Assembly: GCF_016433145.1 (NCBI RefSeq)
Contig: NC_058132.1
Span: 132,867,805 to 132,931,686, forward strand
Length of the DNA: 63,882 nucleotides
Direction of reading: 5' to 3'
Source: Gracilinanus agilis
Lineage: Eukaryota
This document shows positions 49,806-62,900 of this stretch, piece after piece (within the stretch, counting starts at the first letter, position 1; every line of letters starts with the position of its first letter). The position numbers and the translations under genes were made by a program. The notes under the pieces were generated by a model. That model was not told where the DNA came from and ran no database searches. It saw nothing but the letters and a program-made list of their open reading frames with translations.

Positions 49806-50904
49806 CCTTGTGCTAAGTTCCTATTTGGTTACAGCTAGCATGCTCTCAGATCCTAGCTTCAGTGCAGAGCTAAGATGACAGGCAAGTCCTGAGTTCAATA
49901 AGTGATGCCAGTTTCTCCTGGTCATAATTGCTTTATAACACCACACGATTCTCAATTACTCCCCTATTTCTAACCTTATCCTCTTGATTCCATGGATGCA
50001 ATCCATTCTAGAATCCAGCAGCAGAGGAGAAAAACCATTTACAGTATTAATACAGATAATTCCCTTAACAGTAAGAGAAGGATCATATGCCTTCAGATGG
50101 GCTATCAAAGAAAATCATGATGGTTGCTGTCCAGAGGAAATGAGTGATGTCAGAGGGAAAGGTACATTTATTAAACTTGTATTATTTTCCATCACTATGT
50201 AAGCACTCTACAAATTTAGTTCATTTATTATTGTAACTTCTAAATAAGTCCTTCTACCTCTCCTTTCTCCCTTTCCAATTCAACCATTATAATCACTGCC
50301 ATACTAATCTTTCTTTGATAAAATAATCATAATAGCTAATATTTGCATGGCATCTACTTACTGCTAGGCACTGTATTAAATATTTTATAGATATAATCTC
50401 ATTTGGTCTTTACAACAATCTGAGAGTTAGATACTATAATTATCCCATTTTACAGATGAGGAAACTGAGTTAAGCAGAGATTAAGTGATTCATCCATGGT
50501 TACATAGCTAGTATCTGAGGTCAGATTTGAACTCAGGTATTTTTGGTTACAAGCACAGTGCTCTATGCCCTGTGCTACTAGCTGTATCTAGAGAACTCCT
50601 GGAGTTCTTAAACACAAGAATTTCATACATAATAGCTAATAAACATTACTAAACATGCATGTGACTATTCAAAGCTTTAGACAAATGAAAAAATCTCATT
50701 CCTCTCTATCTCTTCTCCCCATTATAAGGATTCTCAAATAAACTGACATTTAGTTGGCAGATGTTTGATTTTGTTTACAGATTTGAGAAGAAAACATAAT
50801 AGTTATATTTTACATGACTAAATCAAACTTTTTAGATGAAATCTTTAAAGCATATTTCTCTGGATAGTTAATGCTTAAGTACTTTAGCATTCCTTATCTC
50901 TCTC

Positions 50905-50995
50905 CCCATTCATGTCTCTCTATCTCTCTCTCTTCTCTCTCTCTGTCTCTCACTCTCACTCTCTCTAGCTCTCTTGCTCTCTCACTCTCTCACTG
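50905..50995. repeat. Imperfect (CT)n tract
   Basis: Seen directly. Confidence 0.9.
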
Positions 50996-51087
50996 TCCAG
51001 AGCTCTGTGAATGCATTAGCATTGGAACTCCCTGAATGGAAATTCCCTCTACCCATATAAATCAACATTTTTCTGAAACTAGAAGTC

Positions 51088-51283
51088 TTAAAAAAAACCC
51101 TTACATTCTATATTAGAATCAATAGTATTGGTTCCAGGGCAGAGAAGCAAGGAAGGGCTAGGCAAATGGAGTTAAGTGACTTCCTAGGGTCACATATCTA
51201 GGAAATACCTAAGACTACATTTGAACCCAAGACTTCCCACCTCCAGGTCTGGCTCTCTATCAATTAAGCCACTCAGCTGCCCC
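51088..51283 (-). mobile_element. SINE1_Mdo-type SINE
   Basis: Antisense consensus ending actcagctgcccc. Confidence 0.9.
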
Positions 51284-53259
51284 TTTAATTAATAGTCTTA
51301 AAGAGTCACTGTCAGCACTGAGAGGTTTAATCATTTGTTCATGGTCACCCATGGGATATGAAAAATGCAGAGCTTGTACCTAAGGTATCCTGACTTCCAA
51401 CACTGTTACTCTAGATATTCGAATACACTAGAATAGAATGGACTAGAATAGACTTTCCTGTTCCCATTTTTAAAGATCATAAAATATAAATGTTGAATGT
51501 TGTGTTATTTTTCATCATTGTGTGTATCAAGAAAAATCATTCACTAGTTTAAGCTCCATGGACACCTAAAGAGCTGTTATTTGTCTCTCTTTTATTTTTC
51601 TTCCATAAAAATACTATTGACAAATTGAAAATCAAAAATAAATGGCCTAGAAAGAACCATTTTAAACTTAAATCCTCATTTGTTATTTCAGAGTATCCTT
51701 AAATTGGATTCAAAATTGGCAAAGTTTCTCTGCTATGAAAGCAATCAAACCAGTTCAAGAAAATTTAACTTTATTTAGAATGAATATTTGAAAACAAGGG
51801 TTTATTTGGAAATATTTAATTACTAAATAATTGCACAAAATCAGTATTTGTTGGGAAATGTGGTCTTCACATTTTTCTACTTTGTATTTCTTCTTTTTCC
51901 CAGTTGTTCAAGTCTTTAAGAAACTCCACATTTTGAAAAGGTAGTTTGTTTTACTCAACATCCTGCCCTTAGGGCTTATTGAGTGATAATCTAGAAACTC
52001 TTGGAAACTAGTGCCAGTTTGGAATGGGATAGATGAGAAATGCCAACCTGTACAAAGTACCTACCAAATACAAACCTTTATTCTTGTGTTTGCTTTAGAG
52101 ACTTTTGTCATAAGGCCATGCTAACACCTCTAATTCTCTTTAAACCTTTATAGAATATCTCAACTCAAATTCTAAACTGAACCACAAGGCAATATTGATG
52201 TATTAATCATGGGAAGAAATGTTTACTCACTGATATCTTGGCAAAGAATAATGCATTTACTGGGCTAACTTAACTAAAGTTATATAGGGTTGTCATGAGA
52301 TATGGCAACTATTTTTAGGAAATAGAAAAGGAAATTGCCTAATACATTTGTGGGAAAAGGAGACAATACATAAGCCTTCATCTGTCTCTTGACTTGAGAG
52401 AGGGTATGCAAGACTTGACCTCCTAACCCTTCATTTTAACCTATTCACTCCTCCCCAAACCCACAGAACTGGTTCCTGGAGACAAGTTAGAAAGAGGAAA
52501 GGGAATAAGTATTTATGAAGTGCCTACTATGTGCCAAGTACTGTGCCAAGTTCTTTATAAATATTGTCTCATTTGATAGGGGAGAACAAGAGGATCTTCT
52601 ACAGCTTGGACCATAATCAAAGGCAGGACTCATTGTACACACATTGTCAGGTAATTGATGATAGCTTGGCCAAAGCCATCTAGATAGGCTAATTTTGGGG
52701 GATGAGCACAGCCAAGTCCTTCCAAAGTTGATCTTTCAAAACAAATATTACATGCCATATCCAGACTTAGGTCCAGAAGGAAATCCCATGTTCTACTGTT
52801 GTCCATTGTCCTATTGATAGGTTTGCTAGTTAGCAAAATTGCCTCTAGTCCTGGTTGTAAAAAGTCCCTCTGAACTTTTGAAGGAAGCCATGCACACTTT
52901 TCCATTGGGATAAATGACCTCCGATTTTGTGCGATCAGGGTTGGTCCACTGAGTTGCTCTTTTTCAATGCTTGTTACCATGAAGGCCACTTTTGTCTAGG
53001 CCATACCATGTGCCTTGGCCAAGTCACTTGGTGGCATAGTGGGTAGACCACTAGGCCAGTAGTCAGGAAGACCTGCATTCAAATCTGGCCTCTTATTTGG
53101 TACCATTTTTAAAAATATATAACAATATAATATGTAGCACAATAATATACATATGATTTGTTACAAATACATAATAAATTATATACTTAATATATGCATA
53201 CAACATATCATATATTCTATAATAACAATAAATATACTTATCCAAGACAAACAAATTCT

Positions 53260-53950
53260 CACATTAGCCATGTTCAAGAATCTATTTCTTACTTTTTCCC
53301 CCTTCCTTCTCACTCCTCCCCATTCCCCAGGAAAGCAACATATATGTATAGGTTGTACATTATCATATATATCATGTATATTATCATAGAGTACATTTTT
53401 CCTTTTTGACATGTTTTGAAACAAGCCATGTATTGTTTATACTAAAGAAAAATTCAAGGAGGAAACAAAGTGAAAAATATGTTTCAATCTGCATCTGAAT
53501 TCCATCATTTCCTTCTACAGCAGTGGATAGTCTTTTTTTGTCATGAGTCCCTTGGAGTTGTCTAGGACCTTGCTTTGTTGAAAATAGTTGTTATTCACAG
53601 ATGATCATCACATGTCATTGTTGTTACCATGTATAATATTCTCCTGGCTTGGCTCACTTCACTTTGCATCACCTCATAGAAGTCTTTGCAGGTGTTTTTG
53701 TGACCATCTTGTTTGTCATTTCTTATGGCACAATAGTATTCCATTACAATCAGGTATCATAACTTATTCATCCATTCCCTAATTGATGGACATCCCTTCA
53801 GTTTCCAGTTCTTTGCCACTACAAAAAGACCTGCTAAAATATTTTATTATGTACAGTTTCTTTTCCTTTTCATTGGGACTGAATCATTGGGTCGAAAGGT
53901 ATTCATAGTTTTATAACTCTTTGAGTATAATTCCAGACTGTTCTCCAAAA
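53260..53950 (-). mobile_element. Old L1 3' end
   Basis: ctcctggcttggctcacttcactttgcatc...ccttcagtttccagttctttgccactacaaaaag. Confidence 0.85.
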
Positions 53951-55689
53951 TGATCTCAGACCCTTATTATTAATGTGAGACCATGGACAAGTCACTTAAA
54001 TTCTGCTTACTTCAGTTTCCTCATCTGTAAAAAGAAGATAATAATAGTATGTACCTCCCAAGATTTTTGTGAGGATCAAATAAGATAATACCACCAAAGG
54101 TACTTATTACAGTGCCTGGTACAAAATAGACTTTATATAAAATTATTATTATTATTAATTGAACATTTAGGGCCTCAATTATTTTATCTGTAAAATAAGA
54201 AAATTGAATTAAATGACTTCTAAGATCCCTTCTTGTAATAGATAAGTGATCTTATAATTGTGTTCATTCCCCCTGATATAGGGCCATCACTACCCTGCCT
54301 TTGGTCTGGAACCCTGGCATGTCTTTTATCAACTTAGTGAAAAAGACTAAGAGAGTCAATGGTCTGTCTAGGGCTACTATACAGCTAATTCAAAAAGCTG
54401 CCTGAACAGCAAGTTTTCTTCTCACAAGTAGCATTGGGAGAGTAGCCATTTTCTCAGTGGCCTACTCTGTCAGCTCTAAGATTTGGTGATCTTAAGTTAC
54501 AGAATTAGCAAGTGACTCCTAACTTTCAGCTTCAGCAAATCTGTTCAGTGAACACAGACCATACTGTACAGGATCATTAAGATAGTGTTGTGATCCTCAA
54601 AGTGAGCTGACACATGCCAGTGGTAAGACTCGCTAGGATGGGAAGGGGCAATCTCTAGTACTGGGGAAAGGAGGGAAGGATTTGGATCCTAATCCAAGGA
54701 ACTTTAAACCAATGAATGATCTGGGTAAGAGCCTGGATTTCTTTGAAAAGCCAAAATCCAAGGGGCTAAGATAGAGCAAGAATCTGGGCATTAACAGCTT
54801 AAGACTAGCATGCCAGCTTCTGAGTAAATTTTGCTAGTAAGATTATAAATTGCACAGCAGACATACATTACACATAGACTACTAGTTCTTGAAATTTTCA
54901 CCCATATAAACTCATAAAATACCATCTACTAAGGCAAAATTGTAATTAGTTATTGAACTCCCTAGTCTGGCATTCAAGACCCTATACTCTTTGGTCAAAC
55001 CTGTCTTTACAATATTTGCTTCTATTATTTTCCCATATTTACAAAATCAATGGATTGCAGAATTTGCAAGTTAGAAGGGACCTTTTAGGCCATCTAGCCC
55101 AACCCTTACCCAAAAGGAATCTCCCATTATAATCTGCCCAATCACTATAATCTACCAATTTTAATATATCCAACAAATAGTTATTCAGGTCCTATTGAAG
55201 ATCCATGGTCTTCATACACTGCTTTTTGAGGCAAGACATTCTCTTTTAATTAACTCTAATTGTTATGAATTTTCCCCCCAATATTAAACCTAAACATGTC
55301 TCTTTGCAACTTGGCTCCCGGTTCCTCCTTCTGGAGTCAGATGAACAAGTCTTAATCCCTCTTTAACAAGTCATCTAAAAATGGATGTCTCATAGACATC
55401 TTAACCTTAGTATATCCAGAGCTGAACTCATCATTCCTTCCAAACCCTTCTTTCTACCCACTTCTCTATTAATGTTGAGGACACCCCCAGGACCATAACA
55501 GTAAAGTCACTTTAAAAAAGAGGGCTTGGGATACTTTTTTATTTTTATTACTTATTATGTGATGGCCAGATGTGATACTGCCCTGAATATATTAAAGAAA
55601 CATTCCCAGCCATGGTTAGATTGAGATAAATCACTCTAGTTTTAATGACACTGAAGGTATGATAAGAAATCCTGCCCTCATGTATTTGT

Positions 55690-56250
55690 GATTTTTTAAA
55701 TTTTTATCTTTATTTTTTCCAATAACAAATTTACACATACATTTTCCAAAGTTATATGATTCATGCTGTCTCCTTCACCTCTTCCATCTTCCCTCCAGGA
55801 GCTGACAAACAATTCCACTGGGTTATACATGTATTATCACTCAAAACATATTTCTATATTACTCATTTTTGTAAGTATAATCTTATATAACTAAAAGCCC
55901 AAATCATATAACCAAATAAACAAGTGATAAATTACATGTTTTCATTTGCATTCCTACTCCAACAGTACTTTCTCTAGGTGGATAGCATTTTTTTCATAAG
56001 TCTTTCAGAATTGTCCTGGATCATCATATTGCTTTGGGTAGCAAAGTCTATCACATTTGATCATCCCACAATATTTCAGTTAGTATGTATAGTGTTCTCT
56101 GGGTTCTGCTTATTTCACTCTGCATCAATTCATGCAGGTTTTTGCCTTTCTTTCTGAAATCATCTTGTTCATCATTCCTTATAGCACAATAGTATTCCAT
56201 CACCATCATAAACCAGTTTGTTCAGCCATTCCCCAATTAAGGGATATCAC
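55690..56250 (-). mobile_element. L1 3' UTR
   Basis: caattccactgggttatacatg...gggttctgcttatttcactctgcatcaattc. Confidence 0.88.
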
Positions 56251-56603
56251 TTTTGAAGGTGTTCAGTCCTTTTTCAGTTGGGATTTCTTAGCATGGTTTG
56301 CCTTTTTTTTTCATCTCATTTTACAAATGAATAACTGAAGAAAACAAGGTTAAGGGATTTTCCTAGGGTTACACAAGTAATAAGTGTCTGAGGCTAGATT
56401 TGAACTCAGGTCTGATGCTCTATCTATTGCTCTACATAGGCTCTCTGGTTTGCCACAGACCAATTGTCTTGCCAACACTGAGATGATTTAAATAAACACT
56501 GGCTTCCTGCCACCATAGCTTCAAATAATATAAGCAAATGGAGGTACTAGAGAGAGTATTGTACTCTAAATATGATTTTTTATTTTTCTTATGAATTTCT
56601 GCT

Positions 56604-56620
56604 CGCCAGTAGGTGGCATC
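56604..56620 (+). promoter_or_regulatory. CTCF core motif
   Basis: cgCCAGTAGGTGGCAtc fits CCASYAGRKGGCR; lies in non-repeat sequence. Confidence 0.5.
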
Positions 56621-57163
56621 AACTGAAATTAGGGGGTATCACTAAATTGAAAGGCTCCTTTGTAGCTCCTCTGAGGAGTGGTGGAAAGATATTTGGACTT
56701 AGCTGACTAACAATAACGATGGTATTCATGACATCTCTTGTTCACCTAACACAATTATTCCTAGAAGCTCAATCTTGGTTGTTAAAGTACAGATTTATGC
56801 CAAAGATAGAGGGAAATAGAAGCAAGTATCCCAGTGAGGACTCCTTTAAACAATAGGTGAATGTTCAAACATATTCTCCTATTCAGAGGCTCAGCTCTGT
56901 TTTGGCTTACTAATAGGCTTCTTCAGTATAGGAAGCATCCCACAGCAGAGTAATAATCATTGCTAGTGGGAAAGGTCAATTGCCTTTGAACTATGATTTC
57001 TTGAAGATATTAGGCATATAGTAAGGTCTCAAATATTTGCTGTTTAGCTATTTGAAGAAACAGCAAATCCTGCCTCTAGCATTTCCTAGCTGTGTGCTCA
57101 CAGTTTTCTCATTTGTAAAAGGGGGATAATAATGGGTACAGCACCTACCTCAAATAAAGGTTT

Positions 57164-57195
<32 letters not shown>

Positions 57196-57214
57196 AAGAA
57201 CTTTGCAAACTCAA

Positions 57215-57760
57215 AAGCAATCAGTCAATAAGCATTTATTTAATGTCTCCTATGTGCCATTCACTGTACTAAGTGCTGAAGATACAAAGAAAGGCAAAAG
57301 ACAAGCTCTTCCATTGAAGAATCCACGTTCTTCGAGGAAAGGCAACATGCAAACAAATATATAAGAAAGCTATGTATAGGATAACTAGGAAACAATAAAC
57401 GAAGAGGACATACTAGATTTAGAAGGATAGAGAAGGGCTTCCTATAGAAGATGGGCTATTAGCTGAGTTTCAGAGGACATCAGAGAAGCTAGAACATGGA
57501 GATGAGGAAAGAAAGCATTCCAGACATGAAGCACAGCCAGAGAATATTCTGAGAATCAGGAGATGGCATCTTTTGTGGCAAGGAGGCCAGTGTCGCTGGA
57601 TCACAAAATACTTGGGAAGAGGAGTATTTGGTTTGAGAAGACTGGAAAGGTGGAAGGAGACTAGGCTCTGAAGGCATTTGAATACCAGAGGATTTTGTAT
57701 TTGTTCCTGGAGGTGAGAAGGAACCACTGAAGTCACATATAAACATTATTGTTGTTCTTT
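57215..57760 (-). mobile_element. L2 3' fragment
   Basis: agtcaataagcatttatttaatgtc...ggaggccagtgtcgctggatc. Confidence 0.85.
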
Positions 57761-60269
57761 TATCTATTGACACAGGTCAAGTAAAGCTCATCCAAGTGAG
57801 GGGAACCATTTATTTATTCAATGATTAAATTCGACAATCATATATTAAGTCTTGAATATATAGCTGACATTATACTACGCACCAGGGATACAGTGACAAA
57901 TATGAAAAAAAGTTTCTGTTCTAGAGGAGTTTGTAGTCTCTATCCATAAGAGACAATGTGTTCATAATATAATAACAAATATATGAAACAAATATACTCT
58001 CTGACTTCCCTCTCCCAAAACAAGACTGGCTACATTTCTCCTTCAGGCTTCTGGGAGTACCCAGAAAGTAAATTGGGTAAATTGGGGTGTTTATTTTCTA
58101 AAGCTATTGGCTCAAGTCCCCACTGGTTGTATTCTATACTGTTATGTGGCTAACTAGTGCCCTAATTCCATGTAACCACTTCACATCAATTAGCTTTTAG
58201 AAAAGGAGATATATTTCCAAAATATATCAAGAAAAAAAGTATGAACATTTTCCCCTAGTACCTGGAGAAACTACTTTTTCCTATACTACTTTAGTCTCAG
58301 GGGAGAGTGGTCTAGACCTAACATCCTTAACATTGGTTTCACCAGGTTGATGCCCCAGTGTATCTCTGCTCACAGATGAGTTTTCATCTCAGCTATGGCT
58401 GGGCTGAATTGATACTGGGCTAGCTGAAAATCTTGTCATAGACTAGGCTTCCAGGTCTCCTGAGGATCACACTTCTAACCTTTGAAAACTGATGTCAGAC
58501 TAAATCTCCTTCACCTAAAATAAAAGCAAAAATAAAATTTAAAAATAAAATTAAAGCAAAAGGCCAAGACCTGCTTCCATGGGTTCATATTCCCATCCCT
58601 CAAAGGAGAAGCTGGAACATAGAGATGAAGTAGAGGAGCATTCCTGGCATAAAGAACAGCCAGAGAAAATTCCTCCATTTGAAAGATGGCATCTTTTGTG
58701 GCACTGCAGTTCTCATTTTGTCTCTCTCCCGATGCCATCAGAGATGTCAAATGAAGAGCAGAGATCCACCTAGAGAAAACAGACAAAGTGAAAAGCTGAG
58801 GTTGTGGTCAGGTAGTCTCTTTTTAAGGGACCTTCTGTTCTGGTTAGGCAGTCAGTTGAAAAAATCTTCAACTAACCTTATGGTTAGCAGGCCCAAACTA
58901 GTTATATAATGTCTATACATGCTTCAAATTGTTCTCAGAGCACTTCTGTTATATGGTACCATGACTCTTCCCAGTTCCATATGGGGATTTTGTATCAACA
59001 TTACATGCTGAGACATATTTCATCCACTAAGCATGCTGAGACATGCTTTATTCTCAGTGGGAACTGGTCCATGAACTAGTTTGCTGTTAAACACATTCAA
59101 TGTAAATGAAAAGTAATTTGGGGAAGTGAGAATAGGGGACCATAGGACTCACAATATATTATTGAATAGTTTTCAATTTATGAAAGCATTCATTTCATTG
59201 CTTCATTGCTCTTTACTGATTTTTGAATCTTTGCTTTCACAAGTTTGCATATTGAATATCCTGCTCACCTCTGATTTTTTGAAGGCATGGCTGGAAATCT
59301 TCCTCTTCACTAAATACCCAATTTTTCATTGATGATTAGGCTTATATTTCCAGGGAATATTACCTATAAAGTCATTGTCCAAAGGCAAGATCCAAGGAAG
59401 TACTAGTACTTGGAAAAAAAACATTTAAAAAGACAATCTGTTTAAAACAGGAACCAAGATTTCATAGTAAATCCTGGGGGAAATAGTTCCATTAGTAATT
59501 ATCTTGGAAAGTTAAGCAAAACATTTTTGAAAATAAGTTTATTTTGTCATATATAACATTTAGTTTATAATCACAATTATGCACTAATTCTTTGTCAGGG
59601 GAAATGATGAATGAATCACTTGGAATAACTTTTCTGATAAAAATATTTAGTAAGATGATAGGACATCCTTCGCTTTTATATTTGACTTTTGATTCCTAAC
59701 CTTCAGAAAATCATTGTTGCAAAAATATTTGAGGGCTTCATTAAATTTCCCAAGAGCCTCTCTTAATGCTTTCAAAATGAGATAACTCTTTAGAAGTTAC
59801 CTGAGAATCAATCATTGAGGCACTGTCCAAGATATTGATGGGAATGTGCAGGGACGGGTGAGGATCAGATTTTAGTGGTAATTGAAAGGAATGTTTTAGT
59901 AGGGATTAATATTATAAATGGTCAAGTCATTAATGAATATTTTTGTGTTATGACTTTTCCTTCTCCACAAAACCTGTTATAGAGGCAATTGATATAGCAA
60001 ATAAGAATGACAATCTCAACTAGGAAAATCCGAGTTCAAGTTTTGCCTGAGAAGATACTTAGCTTATGCGTTCCAGTCAGTTCTCTAAGTCTATAAGTTA
60101 TGGAACTGACATTGATCTGCATAGGTAAAAGGGAGTTCCTTTTACCAATAAAATTCTAGATCTGGTCCATAACAATATTTGATATTGCTACTAAATAATG
60201 ACTAGTTAGATAGGCAAGTATCTCCTGCATGTGAATAGTTTATTCAACCTTTAATTCATTCAGCAAACA

Positions 60270-60458
60270 TTTTTTTTTTATTTTAAACCCTAAACTTCTG
60301 TGTATTGGCTCCTAGGCAGAAGAGTGGTAAGGGTAGGCAATGGAGGTCAAGTGACTTGCCCAGGGTCACACAGCTGGGAAGTGTCTGAGGCCAGATTTGA
60401 ACCTAGGCCTCCCATCTCTAGGCCTGACTCTCAATCCACTGAGCTACCCAGCTGCCCC
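60270..60458 (-). mobile_element. SINE1_Mdo
   Basis: Antisense consensus; TSD cagcaaacattttt. Confidence 0.97.
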
Positions 60459-60716
60459 ACAGCAAACATTTTTTAAGTGCCTATATTGTTTGAAGAGCAC
60501 AATAGGTGCTAAGAGAGAAACCAAATTTATATGAGGCAATCTCTGCCATCATGGAGCTTTCAATCCAATAGGATAAAGTTGAAGTACAAGTAACTATAAT
60601 ATATATGACTGCATTAGAGACTTGTAAAACATATATGCCTCAGCCCTTGGGAGATTCTCCAAGGAAATCTATATATAATACCTGAATTGGACTATAAAAA
60701 AATGGTATATAGTAAT

Positions 60717-60734
60717 AGACAGAGACAGAGAGAC

Positions 60735-60767
<33 letters not shown>

Positions 60768-60779
60768 CAGAGAGAGAGA
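60717..60779. repeat. (GAGACA)n microsatellite
   Basis: Seen directly. Confidence 0.95.
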
Positions 60780-60944
60780 TGAAAGGATTATTTGAAGGAG
60801 ATAGCATGAGGATAAATTAATATGTATGGAGATGAGTGACAGGAAAAATGGCTACAAGATTAGAGCAGTATCAGATTGTGATGGACTATGAATGCAAGAG
60901 AAAATGTTTCATCCTCGTTTCATAGTTAATAAGTAATTACTGAA

Positions 60945-61645
60945 GATTCTTTTATTAAACAGATATTTTATTTTACCAATTGTATGTGATAACAATTTTC
61001 CACCAAGTTTTCCAAAGTTATAATTCAAATTTTCTCCCATCTCTCCCCTCTCCTGGAGCTGGCAAACAATTTTATCTGGGTTATACATATATTATGATGC
61101 AAAACATATTTCCATATTGATCATTTCTGTAAGAGAATAATCATATGAAGCCAAAACCCCAAAACAAAAATCCAAATAAACTAAAGTGAAAATTGCATTC
61201 TTTGATCTGCATTCTGACTCCGATAACTCTTTCTCTCAAAATGGTTAGCAGTCTTTGTGATAAATCCCTCAGAATTATCCTGGATCATTGTATTGCCAAT
61301 AATAGCTAAGTCTATCATAGTTGATCATTCCACAATATTATAGTTATTATATATGATGTTCTTCTAATTCTGCTTATTTTACTCTGAATCATTCAATATA
61401 GATCTTTCTAGCTCTTTCTCCCCCCTATTTTTTTAAATCTCTTTGGGATACAGACTTAGTAGTGGTATTACTAGATCAAAGGGCATGCATTGTTTTATAG
61501 TCCTTTGGGCATAGTTCCAAATGGCCTTACAGAATGGTTGGATCAGTTCACAACTCCACTCGCAATGCATTAGTGTCCCAATTTTATCACATCTCCTCCA
61601 ACATTTATCACTTTTCTTTACTGTCATATTAGCCAATCTGAAAAG
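60945..61645 (-). mobile_element. L1 3' end with an internal deletion
   Basis: Minus ORF 61433-61636 (CWRRCDKIGTLMHC...PFDLVIPLLSLYPKEI). Confidence 0.9.
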
Positions 61646-61689
61646 TGAACCACTAAAGATTTTTAAACAGAAAAGTGATGTTGTTCTTA

Positions 61690-62360
61690 TTCACTTGCTG
61701 ACTCTTCATGATCCTATTTGATGTTTCCTTGGCAAAGATACTGGAGCAATGATGGCGAGCTGTTTAGAGACAGATTACTGGGCCCATCTTGACCCCACCC
61801 CAGACCATGTGCCATGCCCTTACCCCCCCACCCAAAGCCACTCCCATTGGGCTGCTGGGTGTAAGGATGGGTGAAGTGAGGAATGTCCTCAGTGAGTGTA
61901 GAGAAGGGGAGGGGAGTGGCCTCAGTGCTCTGCTCCCCTCCAGCTCTGCCGCCCACCTTACCCCCTGTGCTCTCCCATTGGGCTGCGGGGCAGAGGGGTG
62001 GGGGATGTGAAAAATTGTCATCAGGCACAATGGAGAGGGGGAAGGGAGCAGCTCTGCCCAAGTCCCTCTGCCTTTCTAGTAATGAACTCAAGGTGTGGTG
62101 GGGAGTGAGGAGAATGGCTGGGTTCCCACAGAGAGCACTCTGCATGCCATCTTTGCCACTCATGCCATAGGTTCACCATCACTGTACTAGAGTGGTTCTC
62201 CATTTCCTTCTCCAGTTCATTTTACAGATGAATAAACTGAGGCAAAAAAGGGTTGAATGACTTGCCCAGGCTCACATAGCTAGTATGTTTCTGAGGCTGG
62301 GTTTGAACTCATATCTTCCTGGATCCAGGACTAGTGCCTATCCACTGTGACACCTAGCTG
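61690..62360 (-). mobile_element. MAR1 CORE-SINE interrupted by a hAT element
   Basis: ttggcaaagatactggag [hAT] tggttctccatttccttctccagttcattttacagatg. Confidence 0.85.
61747..62184. mobile_element. Non-autonomous hAT element, same family as 39899-40123
   Basis: TIR caatgatggcgagct / aggttcaccatcactg; 8-bp TSD tactggag / tactagag; GC-rich interior. Confidence 0.92.
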
Positions 62361-62659
62361 AAAGTGATGTTACCTGATCTATATATAAGAAAGAAAGATT
62401 GTGGCAGAGTATAGAGATCAAATTGGAAGAGATAGTTAGAAAAGTGAACATGCCTCATCTCCATTTCTGGGTTTCTGAAGTTTTCCTATATCCCTGGATA
62501 GTTTTTGGTTATATAAGACACTATGAAGAGAAAATAATTCTCTCAATTGACCTCTGGTGATTGGACATCCATTGTATCAGCATATCCTAACGATCCATTC
62601 AACAGAAGTCCCTTCTAGGTATAAAAACTGTAAAAGAGTTCTACTCAATCCAACAGATA

Positions 62660-62900
62660 TTAATTAAATGTTTACTATATGCAAGGTACTGTGCAAAGCA
62701 CTGAAATGTAAAGACAAAACAATTGTAAAGTCCCTTCCCTCAAGAGGTTTACAATCTAGTTGAGAATATAACATATATACAGAAAAGTAGATCCAAAATA
62801 TTTGAGAAGTGAGAGAAAACTGATGCTTGGGGATCAATAAAGGCTTCCTGGAGAAGGTGACACCTGACAGGAGCTGAGAAGGCACACTTGACAAAGTTAG
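62660..62900 (-). mobile_element. L2 3' fragment
   Basis: aaatgtttactatatgcaaggtactgtgc...ccctcaagaggtttacaatctag. Confidence 0.8.

Noticed and set aside
54530-54628. Plus-strand exon-like unit (cctaactttcag ... GTG|gtaaga)
   Set aside because: Short pyrimidine tract, closed in all frames, no other support.
61714-62203. Cluster of overlapping ORFs up to 149 aa
   Set aside because: They arise from the GC-rich interior of a non-autonomous hAT element and show no transposase motifs.
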